The notes under the pieces were generated by a model. That model ran no database searches. It saw nothing but the letters and a program-made list of their open reading frames with translations, and was not told the origin of the DNA. From positions 1-60,442 of the forward strand of contig CAIOGI010000003.1 of the NCBI GenBank assembly GCA_903857825.1: DNA of 60,442 bases, given 5' to 3'. A program made the position numbers and the translations under genes. The first letter of the stretch is position 1. The number at the start of each line of letters is the position of its first letter. Below, piece by piece: positions 49,674 through 59,544 of the stretch. The stretch comes from Candidatus Tayloriibacteriota bacterium. GTDB taxonomy: Bacteria > Patescibacteriota > Minisyncoccia > Phycocordibacterales > PALSA-1337.

Positions 49674-51245
49674 TTAATTTGTTTTAACCCTTACACTAGC
49701 TCCATCTTTTAGTCCAATTATAGGGGTGACTATATTCATTCCCTTTTCAATACCCTCTATCACTTTTATACTCTCTCCATACACTTCACCAAGCTTAACA
49801 TCATGAGCGACTACAGTTTGCATTGAAACATCATCCGTTGTAGTTGCCAATGTATAAACATGAGCTCCAGAATTTGATATATTTACTGAAGAAATTGGTA
49901 AAGTATAAACTGAATCAGTAGTTGTCGAAACAGAATATATCTTTACATTTGAAATGCCACCAATAACAAGATTTGTATTTACATCACTAACAGCAATTCT
50001 TATCTCCACTTTTTTTGTCTGTGTATCAACACTTGGAGATATTCTAGAAATTATCGCCTTATACTTGTCATCAATCAAAACCCTATCACCCTCTTTCACA
50101 TATGAAGCATCTTCACTAGAAATATATCCCTTCAACTCTAAACCATCATCGTTAACAACTCCAGCTATAATGGCATTTGGAGAAACAAGATCACCAACAC
50201 GGAATGGCAAAACTGACACACTACCACTTATGGGTGATACTATTACTGATTTATTATATACAGATTGAACACCTTGAAGTGCAGCTTGCGCTTGTGAGAC
50301 AGAAGCTTCTGCTAAAACTAGCTGCTCCGTAGTAGCACCAGCCTTTTTTAGTGATAGGTTATCACCGGAAACTTTCCAAGCTGACACCGCTCCTGAATAC
50401 GCCGCTGACGCGCCATTTACCTGCATTTGTGCCCCACTTACAGCATTTCTATAACCATCTATTGTCGACTGAACCATGCCAGAATTTCCAACTGAAAGGT
50501 CCCCGATTATATTTGCCAAAGTATCAAAGTAGTTTTTTGAATAACTAATAATAGCTGAAATTTCTGCTTCACTTTCTCTTGTTATATTATCACCCAAAAA
50601 GAATTTTCCTTTCCATAATTTCATCTGTTCACCGAGTCTTAATCTTTTAAAATTAATATCTTGTTGAATTGCCCTGCTCTCTGTTCTTACTATTAAGTCT
50701 GGATTTACAGAAGCTGCATTTGTAAATAAAATATCAGTTTTGTTTCTGGTTGCGTCTTCAATTTTCGTATACGCATCTCGAACTGCATTATTCATATCTC
50801 GCTCAGCATTTTTATATTGTTGCTCATAGATAGTCATCTCTTCTGCCCTTGTACCCTTTTTAGTATCAGCTAGTCTTGCCTCAGCAGAAGCTAGATTTGC
50901 TCTTGCCTGAGAAACTTGTGCGACAATATCATCGTTCTTCAAAACAAGAAGTGTTTGACCAGCATAAACAGCATCACCAATACCAACATTCAAACTCTGA
51001 ACAGGAGCTGATATTTGAGCCCTTATCTCTATCTGTCCTTTAGATTCTATCGTAGCATTTGTATCGATTTGTCTTATGTTTCCAAGATAATCGTCTACTG
51101 AAATCAATGATACCAATGATTTATACTCTGCAACCTTATCTAGAGAATTATTATTTCTAAAGACTCTCGGAAGTATGATCGCTAGAAGTATTATGATTCC
51201 ACCAAATATATACATTATTTTTTTGTGATTTTTGAAATATGACAT
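49674..51245 (-). CDS. RND membrane fusion protein (HlyD-like) with long coiled coil
   Basis: Split lipoyl motifs (VGIGDAVYAGQ, SPISG) and ISPSVD. Confidence 0.85.
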   Translation of the reverse strand: MSYFKNHKKIMYIFGGIIILLAIILPRVFRNNNSLDKVAEYKSLVSLISVDDYLGNIRQIDTNATIESKGQIEIRAQISAPVQSLNVGIGDAVYAGQTLLVLKNDDIVAQVSQARANLASAEARLADTKKGTRAEEMTIYEQQYKNAERDMNNAVRDAYTKIEDATRNKTDILFTNAASVNPDLIVRTESRAIQQDINFKRLRLGEQMKLWKGKFFLGDNITRESEAEISAIISYSKNYFDTLANIIGDLSVGNSGMVQSTIDGYRNAVSGAQMQVNGASAAYSGAVSAWKVSGDNLSLKKAGATTEQLVLAEASVSQAQAALQGVQSVYNKSVIVSPISGSVSVLPFRVGDLVSPNAIIAGVVNDDGLELKGYISSEDASYVKEGDRVLIDDKYKAIISRISPSVDTQTKKVEIRIAVSDVNTNLVIGGISNVKIYSVSTTTDSVYTLPISSVNISNSGAHVYTLATTTDDVSMQTVVAHDVKLGEVYGESIKVIEGIEKGMNIVTPIIGLKDGASVRVKTN

Positions 51246-51251
51246 ATAATT

Positions 51252-51794
51252 TTATTTATTTTTTTCTAAAAGTTGTGATAAGTATTTCGCATAATCTCGT
51301 GGCTTGACTGACATGTTATGACAAGAAGATTTTATAGTGTAGGCATGAATGGCATTTAGTGTAACTTCCGCGGCTACTTGGGGCTGCCCTACGCCTGCAT
51401 CCTTGCATATTTTCCTAAAAAGATCCTGCACATCTGAAATACCTCGATGTATTTCAGAAAGACCTTTTGATGATTTGTTTATCGAATCTGTATCTAAAAT
51501 ATAGGCTATTATGCTATCTTTAGAACTAATTATTATTAATTTTTCAATTATCTCTACAAAATTGTATTTCTTAACTTTTTCAACGTCCTCAAGGTAAGAA
51601 AGAATATTATCTAAAGCTTTTCGCATTATCTCAAAGTATAAGTGCTCTTTATCCTCAAAAAAGTAATAAAGTGAAGCTTTATTTATACCAACCTTCGAGC
51701 TGATATCTGACATTGAGGTTGAATCATAGCCCTTTTTCATGAATAATTCCCTAGATACTTTTAATATTTTATCTTTTGTTTTGTCTGTTGGCAT
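51252..51794 (-). CDS. TetR-family regulator
   Basis: LFMKKGYDSTSMSDI...GINKASLYYFF.DKE HTH. Confidence 0.92.
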   Translation of the reverse strand: MPTDKTKDKILKVSRELFMKKGYDSTSMSDISSKVGINKASLYYFFEDKEHLYFEIMRKALDNILSYLEDVEKVKKYNFVEIIEKLIIISSKDSIIAYILDTDSINKSSKGLSEIHRGISDVQDLFRKICKDAGVGQPQVAAEVTLNAIHAYTIKSSCHNMSVKPRDYAKYLSQLLEKNK

Positions 51795-51815
51795 GTATTT
51801 TAATATAATTGATAA

Positions 51816-51870
51816 GACACCTACCGAACGTTAGGTAGTCATCATAGCACACATTCAGTGAAATATTCAA
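51816..51870 (-). promoter_or_regulatory. Promoter (TTGAAT-N18-TATGAT, with TG extension) followed by a candidate TetR operator
   Basis: Imperfect palindrome GACACCTACCGAACGTTAGGTAGTC at 51816-51840, directly downstream of the -10. Confidence 0.6.
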
Positions 51871-51940
51871 CTAGATATAATATCCCCCTCAGTTCTCATG
51901 GGAAGTTCCGTCCAAAAATTCTTTGTGTTGCAAAGAGTTT

Positions 51941-53311
51941 CTACCCCAACTCATACCTCTTCAATCTCTCCGGATACATGGCCTCAAGTCCTAGATTATC
52001 TCTTATCTTCTGCGCTAGAAACAGTGAAGCTTTCGGCTCGCCCATAGCCACGAATATTTTCTTTATACTGTCTTGTGCTGTGGCAACAAACTCTACCAAA
52101 TGGTCTGAGTCCTTATGTGAAGAATATCCCAAAATTGTTTCTATTTTTGCCCTTACTGGTATGTCATTTCCATGTATAGATACCTTTTTATCTCCATCGA
52201 GTAAATGCCTACCTATTGATCCTAAGGTCTGATATCCGACAAGCAAAATTGTATTTTTTGAATCTGGTAAATATATCCCTTCATGATGCACCACCCTGCC
52301 CCCGATAGACATGCCTGAGCCGGCGAGAATAATCTTTGGTGACTTTGAATGATCTATATCTTTTGACTCTTGCATACTTACAGTGAATGATAGTTTTGGA
52401 AAACTAAATATGTCATCACCTCCCTTTATTTCCCCCTGAGCGATCTTATTGAAAAGATATGTACTAGACTTGTATACTTCAGTTATACGCGTAGCCAAAG
52501 GTGAATCGACATATACAGGTATAGACGGCACAGCTTTTGTTTCAATTAATTTATTCAACTCATAAAGAATGACCTGTGTCCTCTCTAAAGAAAAAGCAGG
52601 AATAACCAAAGTACCATTTTTTTGTATAATATCCTTTATTACTTGGGCAAGCTTTCCTCTTCTTTCATCTTTTGATTCATGATTTCTATCACCATATACA
52701 CTTTCCATAATCACATAGTCAGCTCCAGTTATAGGCTCAGTGTCTTGTAGTAGTGGTGTAGGTGTATTACCAAGGTCACCAGTAAACACAATCTTTTTCC
52801 CATCGTAAGTGAACTGTATCATTGATGAACCGAGTATATGCCCCGCATCTCTAAGATAAACAGAAAATCCCTCTGAAAAAGGTGTTTCTGTATGATACGG
52901 AATAGTCTTCCACAAAGTCATAGCTTTTCTCAAGTCTTGTGCCTCGTATAAAGGTAAAATACCTTCATTTGTCGCCTCCTTTTCTAGCAATCCTACGGCG
53001 TCTTCCAATATAAGTCCTGCTAGAGCCATTGTTTCTGAGGTCGAATATATGACACCTTGAAATCCATCTTTAACAAGTTTTGGTATACGACCAACATGAT
53101 CAAGATGTGCATGTGTCACAAAAAGTATATCTATATCAGCAGGATCGTATACGAAATCTTCCCTGTTCTCCACCTGGGATATTTTATCACCCTGAATCAA
53201 TCCGCAATCTACTAGAATCTTCGTAGTCTTCTCTCCATTTGAAAGCTCAAAAAGAAAATTCGCTCCCGTAACACTTCCTACTCCACTACAGAATGTTAAA
53301 TTTATACTCAT
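51941..53311 (-). CDS. MBL-fold beta-CASP ribonuclease
   Basis: THAHLDHVG, AGHILGS, MESVYG and YSSHKD motifs. Confidence 0.9.
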   Translation of the reverse strand: MSINLTFCSGVGSVTGANFLFELSNGEKTTKILVDCGLIQGDKISQVENREDFVYDPADIDILFVTHAHLDHVGRIPKLVKDGFQGVIYSTSETMALAGLILEDAVGLLEKEATNEGILPLYEAQDLRKAMTLWKTIPYHTETPFSEGFSVYLRDAGHILGSSMIQFTYDGKKIVFTGDLGNTPTPLLQDTEPITGADYVIMESVYGDRNHESKDERRGKLAQVIKDIIQKNGTLVIPAFSLERTQVILYELNKLIETKAVPSIPVYVDSPLATRITEVYKSSTYLFNKIAQGEIKGGDDIFSFPKLSFTVSMQESKDIDHSKSPKIILAGSGMSIGGRVVHHEGIYLPDSKNTILLVGYQTLGSIGRHLLDGDKKVSIHGNDIPVRAKIETILGYSSHKDSDHLVEFVATAQDSIKKIFVAMGEPKASLFLAQKIRDNLGLEAMYPERLKRYELG

Positions 53312-53312
53312 T

Positions 53313-53693
53313 TTATTTATTTTTAATAGCTAAATATACAATAATCGAACCAATGACATCATTAAACAAATCCTTGATTGTATCTATGTAGTAAGGTGTA
53401 GTCCAAACCTTTGACCCAGTTAAATTGAAAATCACTTCGAAAGCTTCCCAAGCGAGACCTGCTATGAAGGTGAGTGCTATTATTCTGCTTAGTTTTCCCT
53501 TAATCAATTCAATATTAAAAAACACGGCAACGCTGTATACGGACATAGCTATACCGACACCACCGAGTATGTGCAAAATAATGTCATAAAACCAAAATCT
53601 TATATATAGATCATGTTCCATACCATACAAGTGTAAGACCAACATCGCTGCTAAAATGATAATGGTTGCTATTGAAATTTTTATATTTTGCAT
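53313..53693 (-). CDS. Small membrane protein (VanZ/DUF2238-like)
   Basis: YDIILHILGG, WEAFE and DTIKDLFND motifs. Confidence 0.6.
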   Translation of the reverse strand: MQNIKISIATIIILAAMLVLHLYGMEHDLYIRFWFYDIILHILGGVGIAMSVYSVAVFFNIELIKGKLSRIIALTFIAGLAWEAFEVIFNLTGSKVWTTPYYIDTIKDLFNDVIGSIIVYLAIKNK

Positions 53694-53734
53694 GTTTAAC
53701 TATTATACCAGAACCAACAAAAAACACCTGTCTT

Positions 53735-53873
53735 ACAAAATTGGATTCGTCGACTTGCACCACAGGGGTACTTCTTGTTTGATAAATCAAACAATGTCGC
53801 GCTCGGAGGCTCCTCTTTTTTTCACAAGTTCAAAAAAGTAGGACCTCCTCACCGTGCCGAATCTCAATTTTGT
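53735..53873 (-). repeat. Nested palindromic element, near-identical to copy 1
   Basis: Reverse complement of 1920-2060 with a compensatory GACTC/GAGTC to GATTC/GAATC change. Confidence 0.9.
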
Positions 53874-53889
53874 TATACAGATGTACTTT

Positions 53890-54030
53890 GTCGGCTATAA
53901 GAGTATCAAGCCTAGTAAAATTACTAGGTGGGTGATCTCAATGCTAATACCAAGGTACAGCATAATTTGAAGTGCGAAACTTCGTCGATCTCCCAGTTAA
54001 AAAGTTATAGATTTAATACTCTTATAACCT
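53890..54030 (-). ncRNA. ssrS: Probable 6S RNA
   Basis: Long closing stem GGTTATAAGAGTATTAA/TTGATACTCTTATAGCC, U-rich bubble, TGGGAGATC/GATCACCCA inner stem, 3' bubble hairpin CCTAGTAA/TTACTAGG, TATAAT at 54036-54041. Confidence 0.7.
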
Positions 54031-54083
54031 ATTCAATTATATTACTATGTCAGACGAATACAATAGCAAAAACACTTCAGACA

Positions 54084-54701
54084 TTATTCTAGAATTCCGT
54101 CCAGATTGACATCGTACAAAATCTTCTCCTGCACATGATTATATTTTATTATCTCATTATTATTAAACCAGTGCTTTATCTCATCATTTGCCTCTTTTAC
54201 TGATCCAGATGCGTGAACTAAGTTTCTTACTGCTCTTCCATCCTCATCGGTCATCTTATATGAATCAAGGACGAAGTCTCCACGAATAGTTCCAACATCT
54301 GACATGAGCGGTTCAGTCCCTCCAGTGATTTTTCTCACAATAGCGACAGCATGCGCCCCTTCCCATATCATAACGATCACTGGCCCGCTCGTCATGTATT
54401 TACAATTATTTGCCAGTATTTTCTTGGTGATATCTAAAGGATTTTCTGATGGTGGGACTAGACCCTTATCATGATAGCCTTTTATAGTTTTCTCACCTGT
54501 TATTCTTCTCCACTCTGGATCTAAAGTGTAATGTTTCTCTATAAGATCAGAAGTAGGCACCATCATTTTCATAGCCACAAGCTTCAAGCCAACACGTTCA
54601 TATCTCCCTATTATTTCGCCCATCAGGCTTCGTTGAATTCCATCTGGTTTTATAATAACTAGGGTTTGCTCGTACTTTGGGTGTGTTGTTTTGTTTTTCA
54701 T
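54084..54701 (-). CDS. ndk: Nucleoside diphosphate kinase
   Basis: EQTLVIIKPDG, GTIRGDF and NLVHASGS motifs. Confidence 0.95.
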   Translation of the reverse strand: MKNKTTHPKYEQTLVIIKPDGIQRSLMGEIIGRYERVGLKLVAMKMMVPTSDLIEKHYTLDPEWRRITGEKTIKGYHDKGLVPPSENPLDITKKILANNCKYMTSGPVIVMIWEGAHAVAIVRKITGGTEPLMSDVGTIRGDFVLDSYKMTDEDGRAVRNLVHASGSVKEANDEIKHWFNNNEIIKYNHVQEKILYDVNLDGILE

Positions 54702-54705
54702 TTTA

Positions 54706-57507
54706 TTATATTAGTTTTTCTTTTGATATTACAGGTTCTGGTTTTTTATACTTACTCATTATTTCTGCTTCTACTATTGTTCTATCCTTTCCATATTTTA
54801 AGTATGATAGTTGTTTTACTGGATCAACGATAGCCTTCTCACCCTTTGGAGGTGGCAGAGTCTCTATATTGAAGGGCTTTACTGGACGACCATTGGCTAG
54901 GATTTTTAGATATGCATTGTAATTGTCTATAGACATTATATCCTTTGCTGTAAACACTGGTGAGAATTGCTTTTCTAAATATTCAGCATCTTCTGCCCCG
55001 ACACGGAATGCAGCGATAGAGCCGACGTTTCCAAATACAGAATCACGAATACCTTCCTCGAGCTGTGCTATGAACTGATGAGCAATATTTAATGAAAGCT
55101 TATACTTTCTAGCTTCAGAAAGAATAGTTGAAATAGAATCAGTCGTAATGTTTTGGAACTCATCAATATAAAGATAGAATGGTGGTAAATTTTGACCAAT
55201 AGAATCAACTCGAGACAAAGCTGCCATCAAAATCTTTCCTACAAGGATAAGACCGATAAGATTCGCATTGATATCACCAAGTCTTCCCTTTGAAAGATTT
55301 ACTAGAAGTATCTTCTTTGTATCCATTATTTCACGAAAATTTATCGTTGATGTTTCTTGAGCGATAATAGGCCTCATAATATCGTTTGAAAGAAACACAT
55401 CAAATTTACTGGTTATGTAAGGAACTATATTGGCCAGAGATGCTTCTCCACCAGCCTTTTCAGCTACTTCTTTCCAAAATTGAACAACTATGGGATTCTT
55501 ACACTTTGAAATCTTTAACTCTCTAAATGTTTTATTTGCAAGCACACGCGAAACATCCAAAAGAGTATTTCCTGTTTCAGGGTCCTCCATAACAAGCAAT
55601 ACAGCATTTCTGAAATATTGTTCAAACATAGGACCTCCTGCAGTTTTCATATCAAAAAGCTTATTGAAAATAGAGAGCATTTCATTAACCACGAATGTTT
55701 TCTGCTCAGGATATCTTCTATCATATTCGAGCATGTTTAATGCCATTGGTCTCTCAGTATAGCTAGGGTCAAAATATATAACATCCTCATATCTATTTTG
55801 GGGGATAAGTGAAAGAATGTCTTGAATATCAGAACCATGAGGATCGATCATACATACACCTTCTCCATTTGCTATATCTTGTGCAATCATATTCTTTAGA
55901 ATAGTTGTCTTACCAGTACCTGTCTGTCCGATAACATAGAAGTGGCGCAGACGATCTTCCGGCGTCATAAAGACCTTTGTCTCTGTTCCTCGGTCTTTGT
56001 TTACTCCTAACAATACTCCATTTTTTGGTAACTCTAGAGGCGCTGGAGCACTTCCAGACTTTGCAATCTTTAGATGCGGAGCTGAACGAATAACACTAGA
56101 TGGAAAATGCATTAGCCCTGTGAGCTCTTTTAAGTTTGCTAAAATACGTTTATTTTCATCAAAGAGCCTAAATGAAAAACTATATTCCAATTCCTTTAGC
56201 TCAGTTTTTTCAACTCTCTTAAATTCCAAATTATTGCCATGAGTATTTTCAAATTGATTGAATGAGGATTCAATATCAGATAGTATTTGTTCTGCAGTCG
56301 CTTCATCTTCTGCTGAAGTAATAATTCTAATATTTGTAGCTACAATAGGTGATATAATTTTTTCTTTTATCGCATCGACAGAAATCTGATCGACTTGTGA
56401 TGCAGCTTCTTTCTTTTTTTCTTTTTGCTTTTCCTTATCCTCTTTTGTCATCATTAAACTAGATATTCCATTTATAAATCCATCTACATATTTAAAAACG
56501 CCTTCACTATTTTTTGATATGGCATCAGATATTTTTTCTCCTTTCAAAATATCATCTAGTGTCTTTTTAAATCTTTTTGTATGGGAACTTCCTTGTGGTT
56601 TTATCAAAATCTGTATAGATGCACCTTCACCGTGTGTCTTTATTTTAGAAAAACTATTCAATAATGAATTAATAGGATCAAAATCAAATTTATCATAAGT
56701 TTTCAATGGCCATATTGAATCTTTACTGTACTTTGCATATGAAGCAGTTGTAATACCCTTTTCATTAAAAATATTGTAGTCATCCTTCTTTTCTGTAATC
56801 TTTGCATTATGAAATGAGGACAATATCTGCTTTTCAAAAAGACTTTTCTTACTATCATGTATTGATACATAAAAAGTAAATTCATCACTATGATTTGCTA
56901 CAGCAAGTTCTATTGAAAAGTATTTTGTATTGTCGTCTTCACCGTCCTCAACCGACATCATTCCAGAATAGAACTGCTCCATAGCAGACAACATTTCTTT
57001 TAATGCACGCTCTTTACTTTCATCTGTTTTTTCTGGCAGGGTTACTTCGAATAGAGTCATGTGTAATGCTTTGAACTCTGGACTTTTCTCAGATAGTCCT
57101 TGAACTGGAAACCCTGATTTTATGTATTGAACTAAAAATCTTTCAAAGTCATCCTGTATATGTGGATCATTCATTTTTTCAATAATACTCAAAACATTCT
57201 TTATTCCCTGTGTCTGCATAATACCTAGCAATTCAGAGATTTTATTGTCATGCTCCTCTGGTGTAAGCTGTAGAACTATTTCCTCTGCCTTTTTAACAGG
57301 CATGACATAATCCTTATGAAGGATTTGAGCCGCTTGAATTTGTTTGTATTCATTTATTGTTTCCTTATGAATTTCTTCTGGTTTCTTTTCTATCTTCAGA
57401 GAAGCAACCTCTCTCTCTTTCTGCGCCAGCTGTTCCCGTAGAAAATTCAACTCTTCCTCTGGTGATTTTAATGACTTTGATTCAAATGAAGGGGTGGTGA
57501 TTTCCAT
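54706..57507 (-). CDS. Large VirB4/TrwB-like ATPase with N-terminal extension
   Basis: RLRHFYVIGQTGTGKT, MIDPHG, YIDEFQ and SEARKY motifs. Confidence 0.85.
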   Translation of the reverse strand: MEITTPSFESKSLKSPEEELNFLREQLAQKEREVASLKIEKKPEEIHKETINEYKQIQAAQILHKDYVMPVKKAEEIVLQLTPEEHDNKISELLGIMQTQGIKNVLSIIEKMNDPHIQDDFERFLVQYIKSGFPVQGLSEKSPEFKALHMTLFEVTLPEKTDESKERALKEMLSAMEQFYSGMMSVEDGEDDNTKYFSIELAVANHSDEFTFYVSIHDSKKSLFEKQILSSFHNAKITEKKDDYNIFNEKGITTASYAKYSKDSIWPLKTYDKFDFDPINSLLNSFSKIKTHGEGASIQILIKPQGSSHTKRFKKTLDDILKGEKISDAISKNSEGVFKYVDGFINGISSLMMTKEDKEKQKEKKKEAASQVDQISVDAIKEKIISPIVATNIRIITSAEDEATAEQILSDIESSFNQFENTHGNNLEFKRVEKTELKELEYSFSFRLFDENKRILANLKELTGLMHFPSSVIRSAPHLKIAKSGSAPAPLELPKNGVLLGVNKDRGTETKVFMTPEDRLRHFYVIGQTGTGKTTILKNMIAQDIANGEGVCMIDPHGSDIQDILSLIPQNRYEDVIYFDPSYTERPMALNMLEYDRRYPEQKTFVVNEMLSIFNKLFDMKTAGGPMFEQYFRNAVLLVMEDPETGNTLLDVSRVLANKTFRELKISKCKNPIVVQFWKEVAEKAGGEASLANIVPYITSKFDVFLSNDIMRPIIAQETSTINFREIMDTKKILLVNLSKGRLGDINANLIGLILVGKILMAALSRVDSIGQNLPPFYLYIDEFQNITTDSISTILSEARKYKLSLNIAHQFIAQLEEGIRDSVFGNVGSIAAFRVGAEDAEYLEKQFSPVFTAKDIMSIDNYNAYLKILANGRPVKPFNIETLPPPKGEKAIVDPVKQLSYLKYGKDRTIVEAEIMSKYKKPEPVISKEKLI

Positions 57508-57529
57508 AATGGATATATAATATCATATT

Positions 57530-58657
57530 TTAGGCAGATAAATGTTCTACTATGTTTTCTTTATTTATACATTCGAAGCTAGCCTTTTGATACATCTCCA
57601 TCCAGGGCCTTGGTGCACTAACTGCTTCTTTCCATTTGCATTCGAATGCTTTTATTTCCTCACCTATAACTTCTACAAAATCAACTTCACTTCCACCTCG
57701 GCTCTTCCAGAAATGTATTTCGCTTTTTTTACCTGAATATTCCCTCTCCTTAACCTTTTCAGCTATAAAGAAGTTTTCAAAAATCGCACCTTTGTCCGGT
57801 CTTAATTCCATGGGGTCTATATTATTTATAACAGCATTTCTTATTCCTACATCATAGAAATATATTTTATGGCTTTTATTTATCTCTTTAGTTTTATTTG
57901 TATAAAGTGGAGTCAATCGAAATATAATAAAGGCTTGCTCTAGCAAATTTATATAATTAAGTACAGTATCTCTACTTATTCCAACTTCATTGGCTAATTC
58001 ACTATATGAAATTTCACTTCCAATACGCAAAGCTATAAGTTTTATCAATTTTTCGAAAGCAAATGAATTTCTTATATCTCCAAACATAAACAAATCCTTA
58101 AATAAATAGTCTCCGGCTAACTCCTTTATGAGTAAAGCTTTTTCTTCTCTTGATTCTGTAGCTACAATTTTCGGATACATACCAAAAGTCATATAAGTAT
58201 CGAGTTCTTTTTTTATATTTATATTTCCATATGTATCCACTAATTCTTTTATAGAAAGCGGGTATAGGTAAAATTTACGATTTCTTCCAGTAAGTGGCTC
58301 GCTGAGTTTATTCGCCAGTTCAAAAGAAGAAGATCCTGATGCAATCACCTTTACGTCTTTAACATTATCAGCTATTAATTTTAATGTAATTCCTATATCT
58401 TTTATTCTCTGTGCCTCATCAATAACTATAAGTTCATAACCGGACACTAAAGCAGAAAGTTCGTCTGCAGATCTATGTTCAAGGAGTAAAGCATCCTTTG
58501 GATCATCTCCCTGTAAATACAATGTTTTTTTAAATTCTTGTAATACAGTTTTGATAAGAGTGGTTTTCCCAACTTGGCGAGCACCATAAAGAACCAAGAT
58601 CGGCTTCTTACCTATATTATCTAATAAATGTCTATATATTGTTCTATTGTAATTCAT
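57530..58657 (-). CDS. AAA+ ATPase (AAA_14 plus DUF4143)
   Basis: GARQVGKTT, IDEAQ, KIYFYDVG, EVDFV and FECK motifs. Confidence 0.9.
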   Translation of the reverse strand: MNYNRTIYRHLLDNIGKKPILVLYGARQVGKTTLIKTVLQEFKKTLYLQGDDPKDALLLEHRSADELSALVSGYELIVIDEAQRIKDIGITLKLIADNVKDVKVIASGSSSFELANKLSEPLTGRNRKFYLYPLSIKELVDTYGNINIKKELDTYMTFGMYPKIVATESREEKALLIKELAGDYLFKDLFMFGDIRNSFAFEKLIKLIALRIGSEISYSELANEVGISRDTVLNYINLLEQAFIIFRLTPLYTNKTKEINKSHKIYFYDVGIRNAVINNIDPMELRPDKGAIFENFFIAEKVKEREYSGKKSEIHFWKSRGGSEVDFVEVIGEEIKAFECKWKEAVSAPRPWMEMYQKASFECINKENIVEHLSA

Positions 58658-58740
58658 GGATATAGTATACAATATAAGTACTTAAAATAGCAAGTATACC
58701 CGCATATTGTGGATAACTTGGGTAATTGAACTAGTAAATA

Positions 58741-58757
58741 GCCCCCCCAGGGGGGGC
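58741..58757 (-). terminator. GC hairpin after map
   Basis: GCCCCCC-CAG-GGGGGGC a few nt past the map stop. Confidence 0.5.
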
Positions 58758-58762
58758 AAAAA

Positions 58763-59533
58763 TTATATTTTCGTCAAAATCTCCGACTCCCCTTTCGTTA
58801 TCACCACAGTATGCTCAAAGTGAGCACTTGGCTTTCCATCTCTTGTTCTATATGTCCAATTATCTGAATCTAGTACGACATGGCGACTACCGATATTAAA
58901 CATCGGCTCTATGGCTATTACCATACCAGGTCTCAGACCATCTCCTTTTCCTGCTTGACCAAAGTTTGGTACAAAAGGATCCTCATGAACATCATAGCCA
59001 ACACCATGACCTGCAAGTTCCTCGACAACACCATACCCTTTGGCTATAGCCATTCTCTCTATTGCAACACCGATGTCACCAGTTGTTTTACCCCCTTTCG
59101 CAGCCCTTATACCCGCCATTAGCGCCTTTTCTGTAACTTCAAGTAGTGTTTCAAGCTCCTTTGATATTTTACCAACACCGACCGTTATGGCAGCATCAGT
59201 TATTAGGCCTTTATGAATAAGCCCAAGATCTAAGCAGACAATATCTCCCTCTTTTAAAATCTTTTCTTTTTCATTTGGAATACCATGGACAACTTCGTCA
59301 TTCATAGAGACACAAAGACTTGCAGGAAAAGGGCGAACAGCCCCGGATGGCTGATAATTTAAAAAGGCTGATGTGTCGCCACCCTCAGTTATAAGTCTGC
59401 GGCTTTCTTCTTCAAGTGCTTTAGTAGAAACACCTGGCCTTACCATTGCTCTAAGAGCCAAAAGAATCTCAGCATGTCGCTTCCCTCCTTCTCTTAGTAT
59501 CTGTATATCTTCTTTTGACTTTATTTTTATCAT
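58763..59533 (-). CDS. map: Methionine aminopeptidase type I
   Basis: NDEVVHGIP, GHGVG, AIEPM and SAHFEHT motifs. Confidence 0.96.
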   Translation of the reverse strand: MIKIKSKEDIQILREGGKRHAEILLALRAMVRPGVSTKALEEESRRLITEGGDTSAFLNYQPSGAVRPFPASLCVSMNDEVVHGIPNEKEKILKEGDIVCLDLGLIHKGLITDAAITVGVGKISKELETLLEVTEKALMAGIRAAKGGKTTGDIGVAIERMAIAKGYGVVEELAGHGVGYDVHEDPFVPNFGQAGKGDGLRPGMVIAIEPMFNIGSRHVVLDSDNWTYRTRDGKPSAHFEHTVVITKGESEILTKI

Positions 59534-59544
59534 TGTATTTTCTC

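Noticed and set aside
53890..54030. Self-cleaving ribozyme, riboswitch or TnpB/IscB guide RNA
   Set aside because: No hammerhead or other catalytic core recognised and no associated nuclease; the rod-with-bubble fold fits 6S RNA better
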